Shown in pieces: positions 30,216 through 43,850 of a DNA stretch of 64,000 nucleotides (the stretch's first letter is position 1; every line of letters starts with the position of its first letter). Position numbers and translations under genes: made by a program. The stretch comes from Stegostoma tigrinum (lineage: Eukaryota). The notes beneath the pieces were generated by a model. It was not told where the DNA came from and ran no database searches. It was given only the letters and a program-made list of their open reading frames with translations. The stretch spans positions 21,536,629 to 21,600,628 of the forward strand of contig NC_081391.1 of NCBI RefSeq assembly GCF_030684315.1. The letters run 5' to 3'.

Positions 30216-33200
30216 CTCTTGCCGAATTTCAACCTGGACTGTGCGTTCACTGCACTGTCTCATGCCTGCCTGTATTGTAATATACATACTCATGTGGTGA
30301 GTGCCACTGGCTCAACTGTGCAGCCACGATGCTGCAGCTTAATTCCAACACTGTACCTGAGCAGTTAATGGCTAGGTGTATACAAGGAAGTTAGGGGATA
30401 GCCAGCTTCACAGGCCTTTTGTGCAAGATGAAACCAGGCACTGCTTGTTTAGCAGGAATCTGGGTGACAAGGATTGCTAAAAGGCTGCCTGATCTTCATA
30501 GTTATCCAGGTTACTCAGATAGAGGCAGTCGGAAGGACAATGAAACTGATGCACCATATCTATACGACCTTTGGATGGATGATCTCAGAGTCATGAGGGC
30601 CCTGAGCAGGAGTCAAACTTTCAAGAGAAAACATGTATTTTGAAGACATCAGCAGCTTAATCTAGGAAAACCATCACTAAAGCAGGACCAAATTGAGCTT
30701 GAAGTTCAGGGAAGGAGGACAGACCCAGCTGAGTGAGTGTAGCCTCGCCAGCTGTGCCTCACCTCGTGCTGGGTAATACTACAGCTGCACCTTTGTGTTG
30801 TGATTTTATGATTTGATGCAATGGTTTTAAACTGAGTGAGTGATAAATAAAACCATAGATTGCAGTAACATTACAGACTGTAATTATTGTGTTGACCGGT
30901 GTTAATATGGAGTGGACAATGGGCAATCAGCATTTGTTGCCAATTCCTAATTGCCCTTTAGAAGGTGTGCCGCCCTTGAACTAAGTGGCTTTCAAAATCA
31001 TTTCAGGAGCAATTAAGAATCATCCAGTAGACGCGGAATCACCGATTGGACAGATTAGAAAAGCCTAGCCAACTTCCTCCTCTAAAGGCATTCGTTCCAA
31101 CTATGGTTTTCACAACAATTGATTGGTTTTCTGGCCACACCATGAAATGGTTCAGGGCCCCATCTTGTGTTTTAGCCACAATGATGCATAGAATCTGTGC
31201 AGTAACTTGTGTTAGTAATTGTATTGTACAGGCCGTGAGAAAAGTTAATTCTGACAGACACCAAGGGAACGGCATCAAATGTAGAGATGGTTGAATACAC
31301 AATGGAGAAAAGGACTATAAAGAATTGTTGTTTTAAGTGGCAGTGCTTTCGTTTGTCCCAAAAACTGGCGAGGACAACCTCAGCGCTGTTTTAATTTTCA
31401 AGTAATTCAGTGTATCAATTTTCTTTCCAGCTCGGTATATATATAACATTTCAAAGAGGTTCATGTAGGGAAAAAAGTGAGAAGAAAGGATAAACTGGTG
31501 TGGAATTAATATTGAGCTAACTATAATCTAAATAAAATGCAAATCAATTCCTAGATCAAAAAGGACACAGGTTTATTTTGAGACTGATGTTGCACCACTG
31601 CTTTGGAACACAATCAGCTGGAATTGTCAACATCGAGATCTGAATTTGCATTGGACCCTGTATGTGATCTCCACTTGCTTGCACCTTGTACCATGCAGCT
31701 TACAGTCATGGGATAAAATATGCAGCTGGAGACCATTCAGCCCAACAAGCCTACTCCACCATCTAATATGATCATGGCTGGTCTTGGGCTTCAATTCCAC
31801 ATTCCCACCCGATTTCCCCCATATCACTTCAATCCCATGATCCATCAGAGACGGTCCCCTATTTCACAGGTTAAACAAATTTGTTAAAGTCATGTACAAT
31901 GCTATGATTCATGAGAGTGTTAAGTAATCGCAGTGAAATTTCACCTGGGAGAAATTCTACCTTATCAAGCCACTGAGAGACAATTAAGCCAAGACCATTT
32001 ACAGCGATAGAATTCTATAACAACATTGTGCATGATCTGGTTTTATTGACTAAGTATTGAATTACATGCAATGGCAGAGTGCTCCATCAGTGATTGAAAG
32101 GTTAGGGATTTCTCACAAAACTGACATTCCAATTTTACATAGTTCTCGAACAATCTGGATTGATAAAACTGCATAAAAGCAGGAGCGCAATTTCCAATTG
32201 CTTAATTTACAAGGCATGCTCAGAATTGGGTCCTGCACGTCAGCTGATTTCCACAGTGCTAATTTGATAAGTTACCAACTTAAGCTTGTACTGCAGAAAT
32301 GGAGCTGCCCCAGATCCCTGGAAATCACTTGAGGGGTGGGGGGTGGTGGTGGGAGAGAAAGGGGAGTAGAGTCTGGATTCTGCTGGAGATTCTCAATCTC
32401 AGTTGAAGGTCTGTGGCTGTGTTACAATTTTTATTGGTTGCTGCAAAAGGATACATTTTCTCAATGCTTTGTATCTTGCACTCAACAGGACAATTTGCAA
32501 GAAATACGAATTTGAAAGGAAAATCAACATTTTTGCTGTGTGAGAAGAGATTACTAATTGGTTGGCAAGTGGACGTTTATTGATAGAGGGCTTTGAAAGC
32601 TTGTGATTTCAAGTAAACCTGTTGAACTAAAACCTGGTGTCATGTGACCTCTGACTTTGTCCACCGCAGTCCAACACTGTTGTCTCCACATCCTGGTTAA
32701 TGATGACTGGGGGTTAACTGCCAGGCTCTGTTTAAATTTTGAACCAGGCAGGTTGCATCTGATTGGTCACTCAGATTTGAATTTGCAAAGAGTTGTCACC
32801 TATTTTGGTGTAAAAGTCAAACGAAGCCTGGTTGTTAACTGCCAATCACATTAACTAGTGCATTCCCCATAGCAACACCTCTATCCATCGCAGTTAACTT
32901 GCCAAATAATCAGCATTCTCCTTTTGTTGGTTTTCCCCTTTAAATTGGTATCTTTGCGAATTGCCCTGCTGAGTAAAAGATGAAAAGCTTTGTCAAGAGT
33001 CTTTTCTTCACCAGTACTCAAATTCTATGCTTTAAAAAACAATTTTGATTTAATTCTGATATAGTAGGATAGGACGACAAAGGATGAGCTGATTCATTGA
33101 CTCATTCAGGAGGCAACAGCTGGCAGTTTTGTCCTTGACACCAGGTAAGGTTTTGAGGGAGCAGCTGCATGTATGCACCTTCAGTTTTAGCTATAACTGC

Positions 33201-34012
33201 GGGCTATGGAAACTCAGTCACCGTATACATTTGAGATTGATATTGATGAAGTCTTGGACACTGAGGGAATCCAGGAGATTTGGACAACACCTGGAAAATG
33301 GAGTGAAGGTAGAAGATTCAGCCATAATCACATTGGCTATTTTCCCTGAAGCGTCGGGGGCTGAGGCATGACCTTTTAGATGTTTATAAAATCATGAGGT
33401 GCATGGATAAAGTGAATAGCCAAGGTCTTATTTGCAGTATAGGGAAGTCCAAAACTAAAGTGAGAGGGGAAAGATATAAAGAGGACCAGAGGGACAACAT
33501 TTTCACACAGAGGGTGATGCGTGTATGGGATGAGCTGCCAGAGGAAGTGGTGGAGGCTGGTACAGTTACAGCTTTTAAAAGGCATCTGGATGGATAGATG
33601 AACAGGAAGGGTTTAGAGGGATATGGGTCAAATGCTGGCAAATGGAACTAGATTAATTTAGGATATCTGGTCGACATGGACAAGTTGGACTGAAGGGTCT
33701 GTTTCCATGCTGTATGTTTCTATAACTCTATGACTGGCAGAGAACACTGGAGGGATTACATGGTCTCTTGCTACTCCAAAAAGTGAGTTATTATTCTCAA
33801 TTACTTATTCAGTCAAAGTCAGGAATTTGTTCACTCTACTGCCTAGGATTTTTTTTATTCGTTAATGGGATGAGGGCTTTTCTGGCCTAATTATTCAATG
33901 AAGGGAATTATGCACAGTGCTTGCAATCCAGCAATGTTAGCCGCTAAACTAAATTGATAAACAGTGGGCAGTTTTCTAATGGATAACAAACAAATTCTAG
34001 AGTGAAACAATA

Positions 34013-34018
34013 TTTATT
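34013..34018 (-). terminator. Polyadenylation signal AATAAA of ferritin E
   Basis: About 80 nt after the stop on the minus strand. Confidence 0.6.
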
Positions 34019-34100
34019 CAAGCTCCGGGGATTTTTTTTGAGAAGTAGATACCATCGCTTTCAAGAGTTGGAGGGTATTGGAGACTGGTGTTTCCATTGT

Positions 34101-37100
34101 CTACTCTGCTCCCAAAGTGTGCTTGTTGAACAGATACTCAGCCATGCTATTCTGAGGGGCACCTAAGCGATGCAGGTTGGTGATGTGGTCGCCAAGTTTC
34201 TTGATGGTCTTGACTTGCTTCTCCAAGTAGTGGGTCTCCAGAAAGTTAGACAACTGGAAGAGAATGAAATGTATCCACTGTTTACTAAGCACAAAATATG
34301 GACTGCTTTTGAAAGTTAACACAAACCCAACAGTTTAGGCATGGGCAGGTTGTCCAATTTTTTCTGCGGTCTCTGTTTTTAGTGAAGGAAAATGAAAGAA
34401 AAATATGAAGGAATAATCAATAAATTATTCACCTGAATCTGTTCCTCACCTAACGATGCAGTCATGACAGACTACTACACCAAGTCCACTCTCTCACCTT
34501 AGGATCGTACAATACAGAAGAGGCCCTTTGGCCCACTGAGTCTGTGCAGAAAGAAGCACTGCCAGCTGTACTAGTCCTATTTTTCCATACTAGGATCCAT
34601 TACCGTGAATGGTATGACACTTCAAGTGCTCTTCCAAGTTCCTTATAAAGGTTTTCTGCCTCAACTACCCAGGCAGTGCATTCTAGACCCTCACAGCCCT
34701 CTGGGTGACAAAGGCTTTCCTCAAATCTTCTCTAAACCTCTTGTTCTACTCAATTGTAAGTTCACAGGAATGTAGAAAACAGGAGCAGAAGTAAGCCATT
34801 CAGCCCTTTGTGCATGCTCTGCTCTTCCCTCAACTACATCATTGTTAATCTTCTACCTCAACACCCTTTAGCCACAGTATCCTTACCGCACTTCATGTCT
34901 TAAGGATTGTTAGGTTTATAGATCTCCGATGGCTTGACTCTACAGCCCTCAGATTGAGAACATTCCATCACCTTGTGTGTAGAGAAACTCATATTCTATC
35001 AGTCCCAAATGTCCTAAGAGGCTTTTTAGTCTGGGGCTCTGTCCCCTGATTCTAGATTCCCACTCTCCAGCCAGAGGAAATCTCCTTCCTGCTTATACCT
35101 GTAAGAACTCTGCTTTCTTCCATGAGATCACCTCTCATTCTCTAAACTGTAGACAGCATGGGCTCCTCATGTAACAATCTGGCCACCTTGGGGATTATTC
35201 TGGTGAATCCTTTGTTGCACAAACTATCGGCATCTACCAAGACATGTCTTCCTCCCAAAATCTGAGTGATCTAGAACATTGTAGTCACCATTAAAAGGGC
35301 CATAATTGGCAAGTCTGCAAGTAATTCTGAATCCCTTTGTGTAAAAGGATTGAGTTGTCATTTCTGAATGTAGCAGCAAGCTGAAGAGGGTGGAACAACC
35401 TCAAGTTAATATCCAGTTGTAAAAACTCATGTGCCTGTAGGAGCAGCCAAACTCACAAGAAAATGCAGAACCATTCCAAGTGGCAAACTTACAGCATTTC
35501 GATTTCCTGACCATTCACATTAACATTGTTTTCAGAGATGGTCGCAATATCAATTCTGGGTGAAAAAAATGTCTCAATCTCTCTCTGCCAATATGTTACA
35601 AGTTGAATACCCAAAACCCAACAAATTTAGGTTACAGAATATTTTATTGAATACATACATGAGGGTCACTTCTATCCTTGGACAGTTTGTACAGCTCCAG
35701 TAGGGTTTGGTTAATGTTCTTCTCCAACTGCAGAGCGCACTGCATTGCCTGCAGACCACTGTCCCAGTCATCTTGTTCAGGTCTCTGGAGGGAAAAGTGT
35801 AGCCTGGTTAGTGATAATCAGGGTGGACAATGAAAGCAGGGGGAATCCATGGAATCTGGCTGTCCAGTTAGTCTTCACAACATCGATTCCCTGAGATGAA
35901 AGGGTTGTCTTATGAGGAAAAATTGAGCATTTTGGACCAGTGCATTTTGGAGTTTAGAAGAATGAGAAGTGATGTTATTGAAACAATGCTCATGAAACAA
36001 ATAGACAGGGTGAATTGAAGATAATAAAATGTGAGGCTGGATGAACACAGCAGGCCCAGCAGCATCTCAGGAGCACAAAAGCTGACGTTTCCGGCCTAGA
36101 CCCTTCATCAGAGGGTCTAGGCCTGAAACGTCAGCTTTTGTGCTCCTGAGATGCTGCTGGGCCTGCTGTGTTCATCCAGCCTCACATTTTATTATCTTGG
36201 ATTCTCCAGCATCTGCAGTTCCCATTATCACTGAGACAGGGTGAATTGAATGGGAATCTGGAAATAGGAGGCACAATTTCCAAATGAGGAATCTTTCACT
36301 GACAACAGATGGAGGAGAATACCTGCTCACTTACATTTTGGAATTCTCTATCCTAGGCAGCGATGAAGACAGGGTCATATGACATATTCAAGGCTGAGTC
36401 ATATTTTTGTTTACAAGGCTGTAGGGAGTAGGTAGGACTTGAGACCAGGATTATATCAGTCAAGATTGTTTTGAATAATAGGCAGGCTCAAGGGGCTTAA
36501 TAATCTACTGCTGCTCCTATTTCTCATGTCAGAATCTTACCCAATTTTCCAGCAAGCTTTTTGATTGTCAGCGAATCTGCTGAGGGTGACACCTTAGGCA
36601 GTAACACAAGAATAAAGAGATAACACAGTGTGGAGCTGAGGAAACACTGCAGGAGCAGGGCAATTGACGTTTTGGGTTGGGACCCTTCTTCAGAAATCCG
36701 TCCCGACATGCTTTCCTGCTCCTCTGATGCTGCCTGCCTGCTGTGTTCCTCCAGCTCTACACTGTGTTATCTCCAGCTCCAGCATCAGCAGTTCTTGCTA
36801 CCATGAGAAGGAAGGCTTCTTTGTTAAGCAAGGGTGTTAAGGAATATGGGCTAAAGCTGGGAACATGGCATTACACCACAGATCAACTATGATCTCATTA
36901 AGTGGCAGAACAGGGGCTGCATGCCTTATTTATAATTCTATTTTCCTTTCTCACTTTGATGCTAATTGGACACAAACATCTCTAGTAGCATGTGCTCTGA
37001 GGGGAAGCAGAGTTAATATGGAGCTTCAGGGTTGAATTACAGTAGAGAATAAGGCTATGAGAAACAACACAGAGCTGCTGTTACACCAACATGTTAATGT

Positions 37101-40100
37101 CCTAATCTCAGAAGAGCATTCTATCTGGCTCGGCGTGATGATCCCTTCTCATAATTATGGAGGAGTAAACAGAGAACAGATTTGTTCAAGAATTCTTCCA
37201 GAGTTGTGTGTAAAACAGGATGGGTTATAGAATCATATAGAACATTACAGCACAGTACAGGCCCTTCGGCCCTCGATGTTGTGCCGACCTGTCATACCCA
37301 TCATACCGACCTGAAGCCCATAATCGCCACCCTTCAGGCCACACCAATTATGTTCCTAAATTAAACTAGTCCCACTTGCTTGATTTGGTCCATTTTCCTC
37401 CAAACTGTTCCTATTCATTTACTTATCCAAATGTCTTTTAATTGCTGTAACTGTACCTACATCCACCACTTCCTCTGGCAGTTCATTGCACACAGGAACC
37501 ATTCCCTGTGTATAAGGTTGCCCCTCATTTCCTTTCTAAAACTTTCTCTTCATGCCTTAGAAAATGCCCCCTTGTTTTGAACTCCCCCACTTCAGGGAAG
37601 AGACCGTTAATAGTCACCTTATCTATCCTCCTTGTGATTTTATCAACCTCTATAAGGTCACCCTCAACCTCCTACGCTCCAGCGAAAAAAAATCCCAGCC
37701 TATTTTTATAACTCAAACCCTCCATTCCCAGCAACATCCTGGTAAATTTTTTGCTGAACCCTCTCCAATTTAATAATATCTTTCCTATAGCAGGGCGACT
37801 AGAACTGTACACTGTGCTCCAGAAGAGGCCACGTTCTTGCACTGGTTCAGGGCTGATGCAAGAATGCCAATTATAAAATTTAAACACAGGGCCCCACTCT
37901 CTGCAAACAGAAAAAATACACCCAGGTAATATGCCTTTTACAATTAAGCAAAAGTATACGGGACAATGGTTCCCCAGTGCATTGTCAATGTCAATGTCTT
38001 AAGCAATAAGAGTTCATTTGCCAACTAATCAGTACCTTTGTCTCATTCAGCAAAAGTTATTCTCTTTGAAAACTAGCATTCTTGCATCTGTCCTGATGAA
38101 TGTAAAGTGTAAAATTTCAACAGAGTCTCTCCTTTATCAGCGACATTTAGTTAGACAATGTTCGCAACATTTGTCACATGACAGAACTGCTCCTATTAGT
38201 TGCTTTCAACAAACTAACCTTGATATCTTGCAGGGTGATTCGGCCCCCTCGTTGATTCTGGAATTTCATCAGATTCTCTGCTTGTTCGCGTTCCTTGTCT
38301 GACTGCTTCTTGAAGAACCTCATAAAGTTGTCCAGGGCCACAGGTCCTTGGTCAAAGTAATAGGACTGCAAAATAGGGGACAGGGTGAGGTGAAATAAAA
38401 GAGAAATCAATCAAACGGATTTCTGAAGACAGATTGTCCGCTTGCCTGAATGAAAAAGATACAGAAGGATTCTGATTTATTCACTCTTAGGGTATGTATG
38501 TCACTAGGAAAGACCAGCATTTATTGCCCATTCCCATTTGCCCCTTGAGAAGGTGGTGGTAAGCTGTCTACTTGAACCACTGCTGTCCATGTGGTGTCAA
38601 AGGAGAATTAAGAGTCAATCGTGTTGTGGTGGGGCTGCAGTTACCTGTAGGCCAAGACATGAAGAATTCAACTCATTTCTTTCTCTTGAGAGGCAGGAGC
38701 AAACCTGACAGTTCAATAATTACAAATTCAATAGTTCGATGGTCATTATTACTGAAAATTGCATTTTAGTTTGGATTTATTCATCAATTGAAGTTAAATT
38801 CCACCAACTGCTGTGATGGTACTTGTCCTCATAGAACCATAGAATCACAAAATCATACAGTCCAGAAAAGGCTCTTCAGCCCATCAAGTCTGTACTGCTA
38901 GAAATGTATAGCTACCTTATAACCTTATAGTTATTCCAGTCTATTTTGACCTGATTCTCATGTCTCTGGCCACTGATTTAGGTCTTTGGATTCTTAGTCC
39001 AATAATATTTACAACAATGCTACCATCCCTTTGTTCTGATACAATCACATAATCCTTACCGTATTATCATAGATTCACCAAATTATATAGTATTGAAGAG
39101 GCTCTTCAGACTATTGAGTCTGCACTGTCAAAAATAGACCAAATCTGAACTGGTCCCACTTTCTACACATGGCTCAGAGCCTCAAATGTTGTGATGCTTC
39201 AAGTGCTCATTTTTAAAGGTTGAGGTTCCTCATCTCAACTACCCTCTGGGGCGTATATCCCAGACTTTTCCCCCAGACTACCCCACCAACTCACACCTCT
39301 GTCCCTCCCTCCCTCCCTCCCCCCACTATCCACCGCACTCTGAGTGAGAAAATAATTTCTCAAATTTTCATTGTCATTGTGTCAAACTGTACTTCTTTTG
39401 TATTAAGAAATCAGCAAAAGAAGATGCTGTTTCCCTCAGGTTGTGCCTTAATCGCAAAAAAAAAACTCTTTAGAATCAGAGATAACAAGGTGTAGATCTG
39501 GATGAACGCAGCAGGCCAAGCAGCATCGGAGGAGCAGGAAGGCTGATGTTTCAGCTCTGGACCTTATTTCTGAAGAAGGGTCTAGGCCCGAAACATCGGC
39601 TTTTGTGCTCCTCTGATGCTGCTTTGCCTGCTGTGTTCATCCAGCTCCACACCCTGTTATCTCAGATTCTCCAGCATCAGCAATTCCCACTATCTTTAGA
39701 ATCAGGATTATTTCAGTAGTGTCAGAGATAATGGGAACTGCGGATGCTGGAGAATCCAAGACAACAAAATGTGAGGCTGGATGAACACAGCAGGTCAAGC
39801 AGCATCTCAGGAGCACAAAAGCTAGTTTCAAGGCCGCAGAGATTACAAGAGAGTTGCAATGGGAGAGAGATTCCCTGAGGTTGGTCCGGAGGGAGGAGGG
39901 TAACTTCTTCAGGTTAGGCATCCCTGGAAGAGGCTTCGCAGTGAGGTTAAAATAGTATCAGAGATAATGGGAACTGCAGATGCTGGAGAATCCTTTTGTG
40001 TTCCTGAGATGCTGCTTGGCCTGCTGTGTTCATCCAGCCTCACATTTTGTTGTCTTATTTCAGTAGTGTGTCAGTTTTAATGGCCGTCAGTTATTAACAC

Positions 40101-43100
40101 ACATTGGAAGAGAAATGCCTCAGCTCTCTTCAGTTTACTGAGGCTCATAATCTGTTATCATTTCATTAGAATCAATCCATTGTTCTCAATGCACTAATAC
40201 ACACCCATGCCTATTCATTTTCTTGGGAAATCATGCAATAAACATATGCCTGATCTCATTAATAACAAGGCATTTCCATTCAACTGTAATATAATAGCCA
40301 TTAGCGAAGATTAAATATCAGTCTTCAGTTTGCTTTTTGACAGTTGAAACTTTAGGTGATTTAGGACAGTCAATTCAACAGATTTAGGACAGTCAAAAAT
40401 GAACGCTGAGACAGAAATTGCCAGAGAAACTCAGCATGCCTGGCTGCATCTGTGGAGAGAAAGCAGAGTATTCATTTCAGGTCCCGTGACCCTTCTTATA
40501 GAGTCATAGAGTTGTACAGCATGGAAACAGACTCTTCGGTCCAATCCATGCCAACCAGATATCCTAAATTCATCTAGTCCCGTTTGCCAGCATTTGGCCC
40601 ATATCCCTCTAATCCCTTTCTATTCATATACCCATCTAAAGATCTCCAGCAATTTCTGTTTTGGTTTCAGATTTCCTGCTTTGGTTTAATAAAGGCCAAG
40701 AGATGGTTCCCAAAACCAAGTTCCCAAGTGAGTTGGAGCGAACAGAGAACATGCTGGATAAACTCATCAAGTCTGGCAACATTTACGCCGAGAGAAACGG
40801 AGTTAACATTTTGAGTCCAATATGACTCTTTCTCAGAACTGAAAGCTGGTAGAGTCATAGGGGTCTGCAGCACAGAGAAGTCTGAGCTGGTCAAAAACAA
40901 CTAATTTAATCTTATTGGGTGTTGGAACTTCTTTTAATACATTTTTGACAGAGTCAGAGGCCCAGTGCAAAAGGATTGCTAATGGTGGAGAAAGAGATGG
41001 GGAGATGTAAATGGGTGTGTATTAAGGTTTGAAAGGAAGAGGAAGGGCTCTAACTACTGAGAGCAGAATAAATATGACATGAACAATAAATAAGACTGTG
41101 GGGGGAATGGGGGGGCAAGAATGTACAACAAATGGAGAACAATCAATTTCAGAAGTTGTAGAATTTAACATTGAGACTTTGAGGCAGTAGCTTTTCGAAG
41201 GAAATAAGATGATTAGCTCAGACAGAACTGTCTCAGAGGAAGGGTTACCAGACCCGAAACTTTAACTCTGTTTTTTCCTTCACAGATGCTGCCAGACCTG
41301 CTGAGCTTTTCCAGCAACTTTGTTTTTGTTAGGACTGCCTTAGACTCTGCTTTTAGACTGCTTGTAACTATCTTAACTCTGCTCTGAGCAAATGTTAGGC
41401 CCCAAATCATGTTTGTCAATAAGTGAAAAGCTGCCTGTCTGAGAAATTCAAGGTATCTGTACAAGCATTGAGGCTTTCCCCCTTCAATGGCGAAGATAAT
41501 GACAAATACCTGGGCAACTTATGACGGATTGAATTGCTGCAAGATTGATTTAATAGCATTGTACAAGTTTATGACTGGCTTATACGTAGGTGACAATATA
41601 AACTCTGATGAGCTGATAGTACAAACATTTCAAAGTTTTGGGCAATAGTTTGTAAGGAAAATTCTATTAACGCATCAAGTGTAATGATCTTGAAATTGCT
41701 GCTGAGAGAAGGGTCAAAGTGCAAGTGGAGATGATCAATGATTTCAAAGGAAATTGGATGGAAAGAAATTTGCAAGGCAATGAGGTGAGGCCGGGGGAAT
41801 AGGGATGATTGTACTGCTCTACAAGAGCCAGCATAGAGATATCAGGCTGAATGGACGCTTCCTATCACAAAATGGACTCTTTACCTCACTTTGACCTCTA
41901 CACAGTCACAGTATTGCCTTGATGCCTCGTGTTCAGCATTTATGATTAGTTTATACATTCGTTACATCAGAATTATGACTGGATTTTAAGTGCAACTGGT
42001 AAAATGTTTCATCATTGAACAGAGGTAGTGGGGACTGCTGATGCTGGAGAATCCAAGATAACAAGGTGTAGAGCTGGATGAACACAGCAGGCCAAGTAGC
42101 ATCAGGGTAGCAGGAAAGCTGACGTTTCGGACCTAGACCCTTCTTCAGAAATCTCAGCTCTCCCGCTCCTCTGATGCAGCTTGGACTGCTGTGTTCATCC
42201 AACTCTACACCTTGTTATCTCATCATTTTGGGGCAGAATTTGCTCTTGTTAATGAACTGGCAGACAGCTGCTGGTGATTTAACCTGAGGGTTAAACACAC
42301 CTCAGGCAAGGGGAGAGTTTGAGAAGGAGAATCCTTCATGTCACAATATTGCCAGCTAATGTGGGAGTTGAACCCAGTCGGTCGGCATCACTTAGCATCA
42401 CAAACCACACATCCAGCCAAGTGAACAATATTATGCACCATCTAGAAAGACATGGGTGTGACAGTCTTTGACAGGGTGCAGAGGAGATTTACCAGGATGG
42501 TTCCAGAGATGGAGAACTCGAGCTATAAGGTCACACAATGTGAACAAGTGAACAGCTCACACCATGATATGACCTATTAACAGAAATCAGTTTCTCTCTG
42601 GTCAGTCATTTCCTTTCAAGAATTTGGGAAATTGTGCCCAATAACATTTAGTGGCACTGAATGATGAGTTTGAAATTACACGCTGCAGAATTCCACCATT
42701 GGAACCATTAACTTTGCCTTACCGAGGGTTTTGAATGCAGAGGGGCATTTTTATCTGTATGTCATGATGATGAAGGACAAATTTATGGATACAATGTGGC
42801 AAGAAAGAAAAATGAGGATTTGACAGAGTAGCACCTTTTCCCACTGGATTCCCGAGGTGCTTTATGAAGTTTTAATGAGATACACGTCATAATGTTGGTA
42901 TACTACACTTTTTAATCCGTATTTACACTTCCACCAAAAATGCGGAGAAAGGCATCTGCTCCCAGGTTTTTTGAGTTTTAGAAAAACTTTAACGGGTTAC
43001 ACGAGCACAGGTTAGATAGGACACATGCAATATTCCTTAACACTATCTCACATTGAACACAACGTCAAACTGCATACCTGGGAATATAGTCTATACATGT

Positions 43101-43726
43101 TAAAGATCCCTAATAATTGGAAGTCCTGCTCGTAAATATTATTAAATTGAATTCGTTTGATTGTCACATATGTTCAAGTGAATACAGTAAAAAGTTTACA
43201 GTTGCTGCATCACTGCACCATCTTAGGTACAAAAATACAGATGCTTCAGATCAAATTCTTAGAAAACAAAACAAAATTAGTAAAGAAATAGCTCAGCATT
43301 ATAGATCATAGGAATAAATTAGAAAAATGAACAAGTTAAAAATGCAGAGTATCAATCTTTATGACCCGTACATGCGGACACCCATCCCCATCTTAGTTAT
43401 TCAGCTTAGAATTATGACAGTGCAACAAATGTTCAGTAAACTCAGTCACTTCATGCAAAAGATTGGGAGAAGGAATTAACTTAAGTTCAGGAAATTTTTT
43501 TTAAAAATTGCTTTCTGTGCAAGTTGCCACTGATCCTCCAAGAGGAAGGCGCATTTTGAAAAGACCAACATGAAATCACTAGCACCCCGACAGGTTTGAA
43601 ATTTGCTTCAGATACAAAACTCACCATGGAGAGGTAAACGTAGGAAGCATAGAGTTCCATGTTGATCATGCGATTGACAGCACTCTCACAGTCCTTGTGA
43701 TAATTCAGGCGTATGTTATGGTCCAT
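34101..43726 (-). CDS. Ferritin E, divergent subunit, 175 aa; exons 43726-43625, 38365-38219, 35784-35659, 34253-34101
   Basis: Four exons of 102/147/126/153 nt with canonical splice sites splice to the open frame [29 protein letters not shown]...[13 protein letters not shown]. Confidence 0.92.
36020..36233. mobile_element. Fold-back Penelope mini-element with 17-bp TSD in intron 2 of ferritin E
   Basis: agacagggtgaattgaa at 36003-36019 and 36234-36250; inverted arms of about 85 bp plus a 3' tail. Confidence 0.88.
39480..40054. mobile_element. Two adjacent fold-back Penelope insertions in intron 1 of ferritin E
   Basis: TSDs tctttagaatcag (39467/39693) and ttatttcagtagtgt (39708/40055). Confidence 0.8.
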
Positions 43727-43844
43727 GCTGAACAGGTCTTCAATACAGGCTCAAATTGCCCGAAGTGATATAGACTCAGGAATAGCTGCTGCTACCAGGC
43801 ACTCAAAGTTGGCAGTCTGAAAATATTTCGCAGGTGCCTCTGAA

Positions 43845-43850
43845 TTTATA
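43845..43850 (-). promoter_or_regulatory. Probable TATA box of ferritin E
   Basis: TATAAA on the minus strand about 120 nt upstream of the ATG at 43726. Confidence 0.55.
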
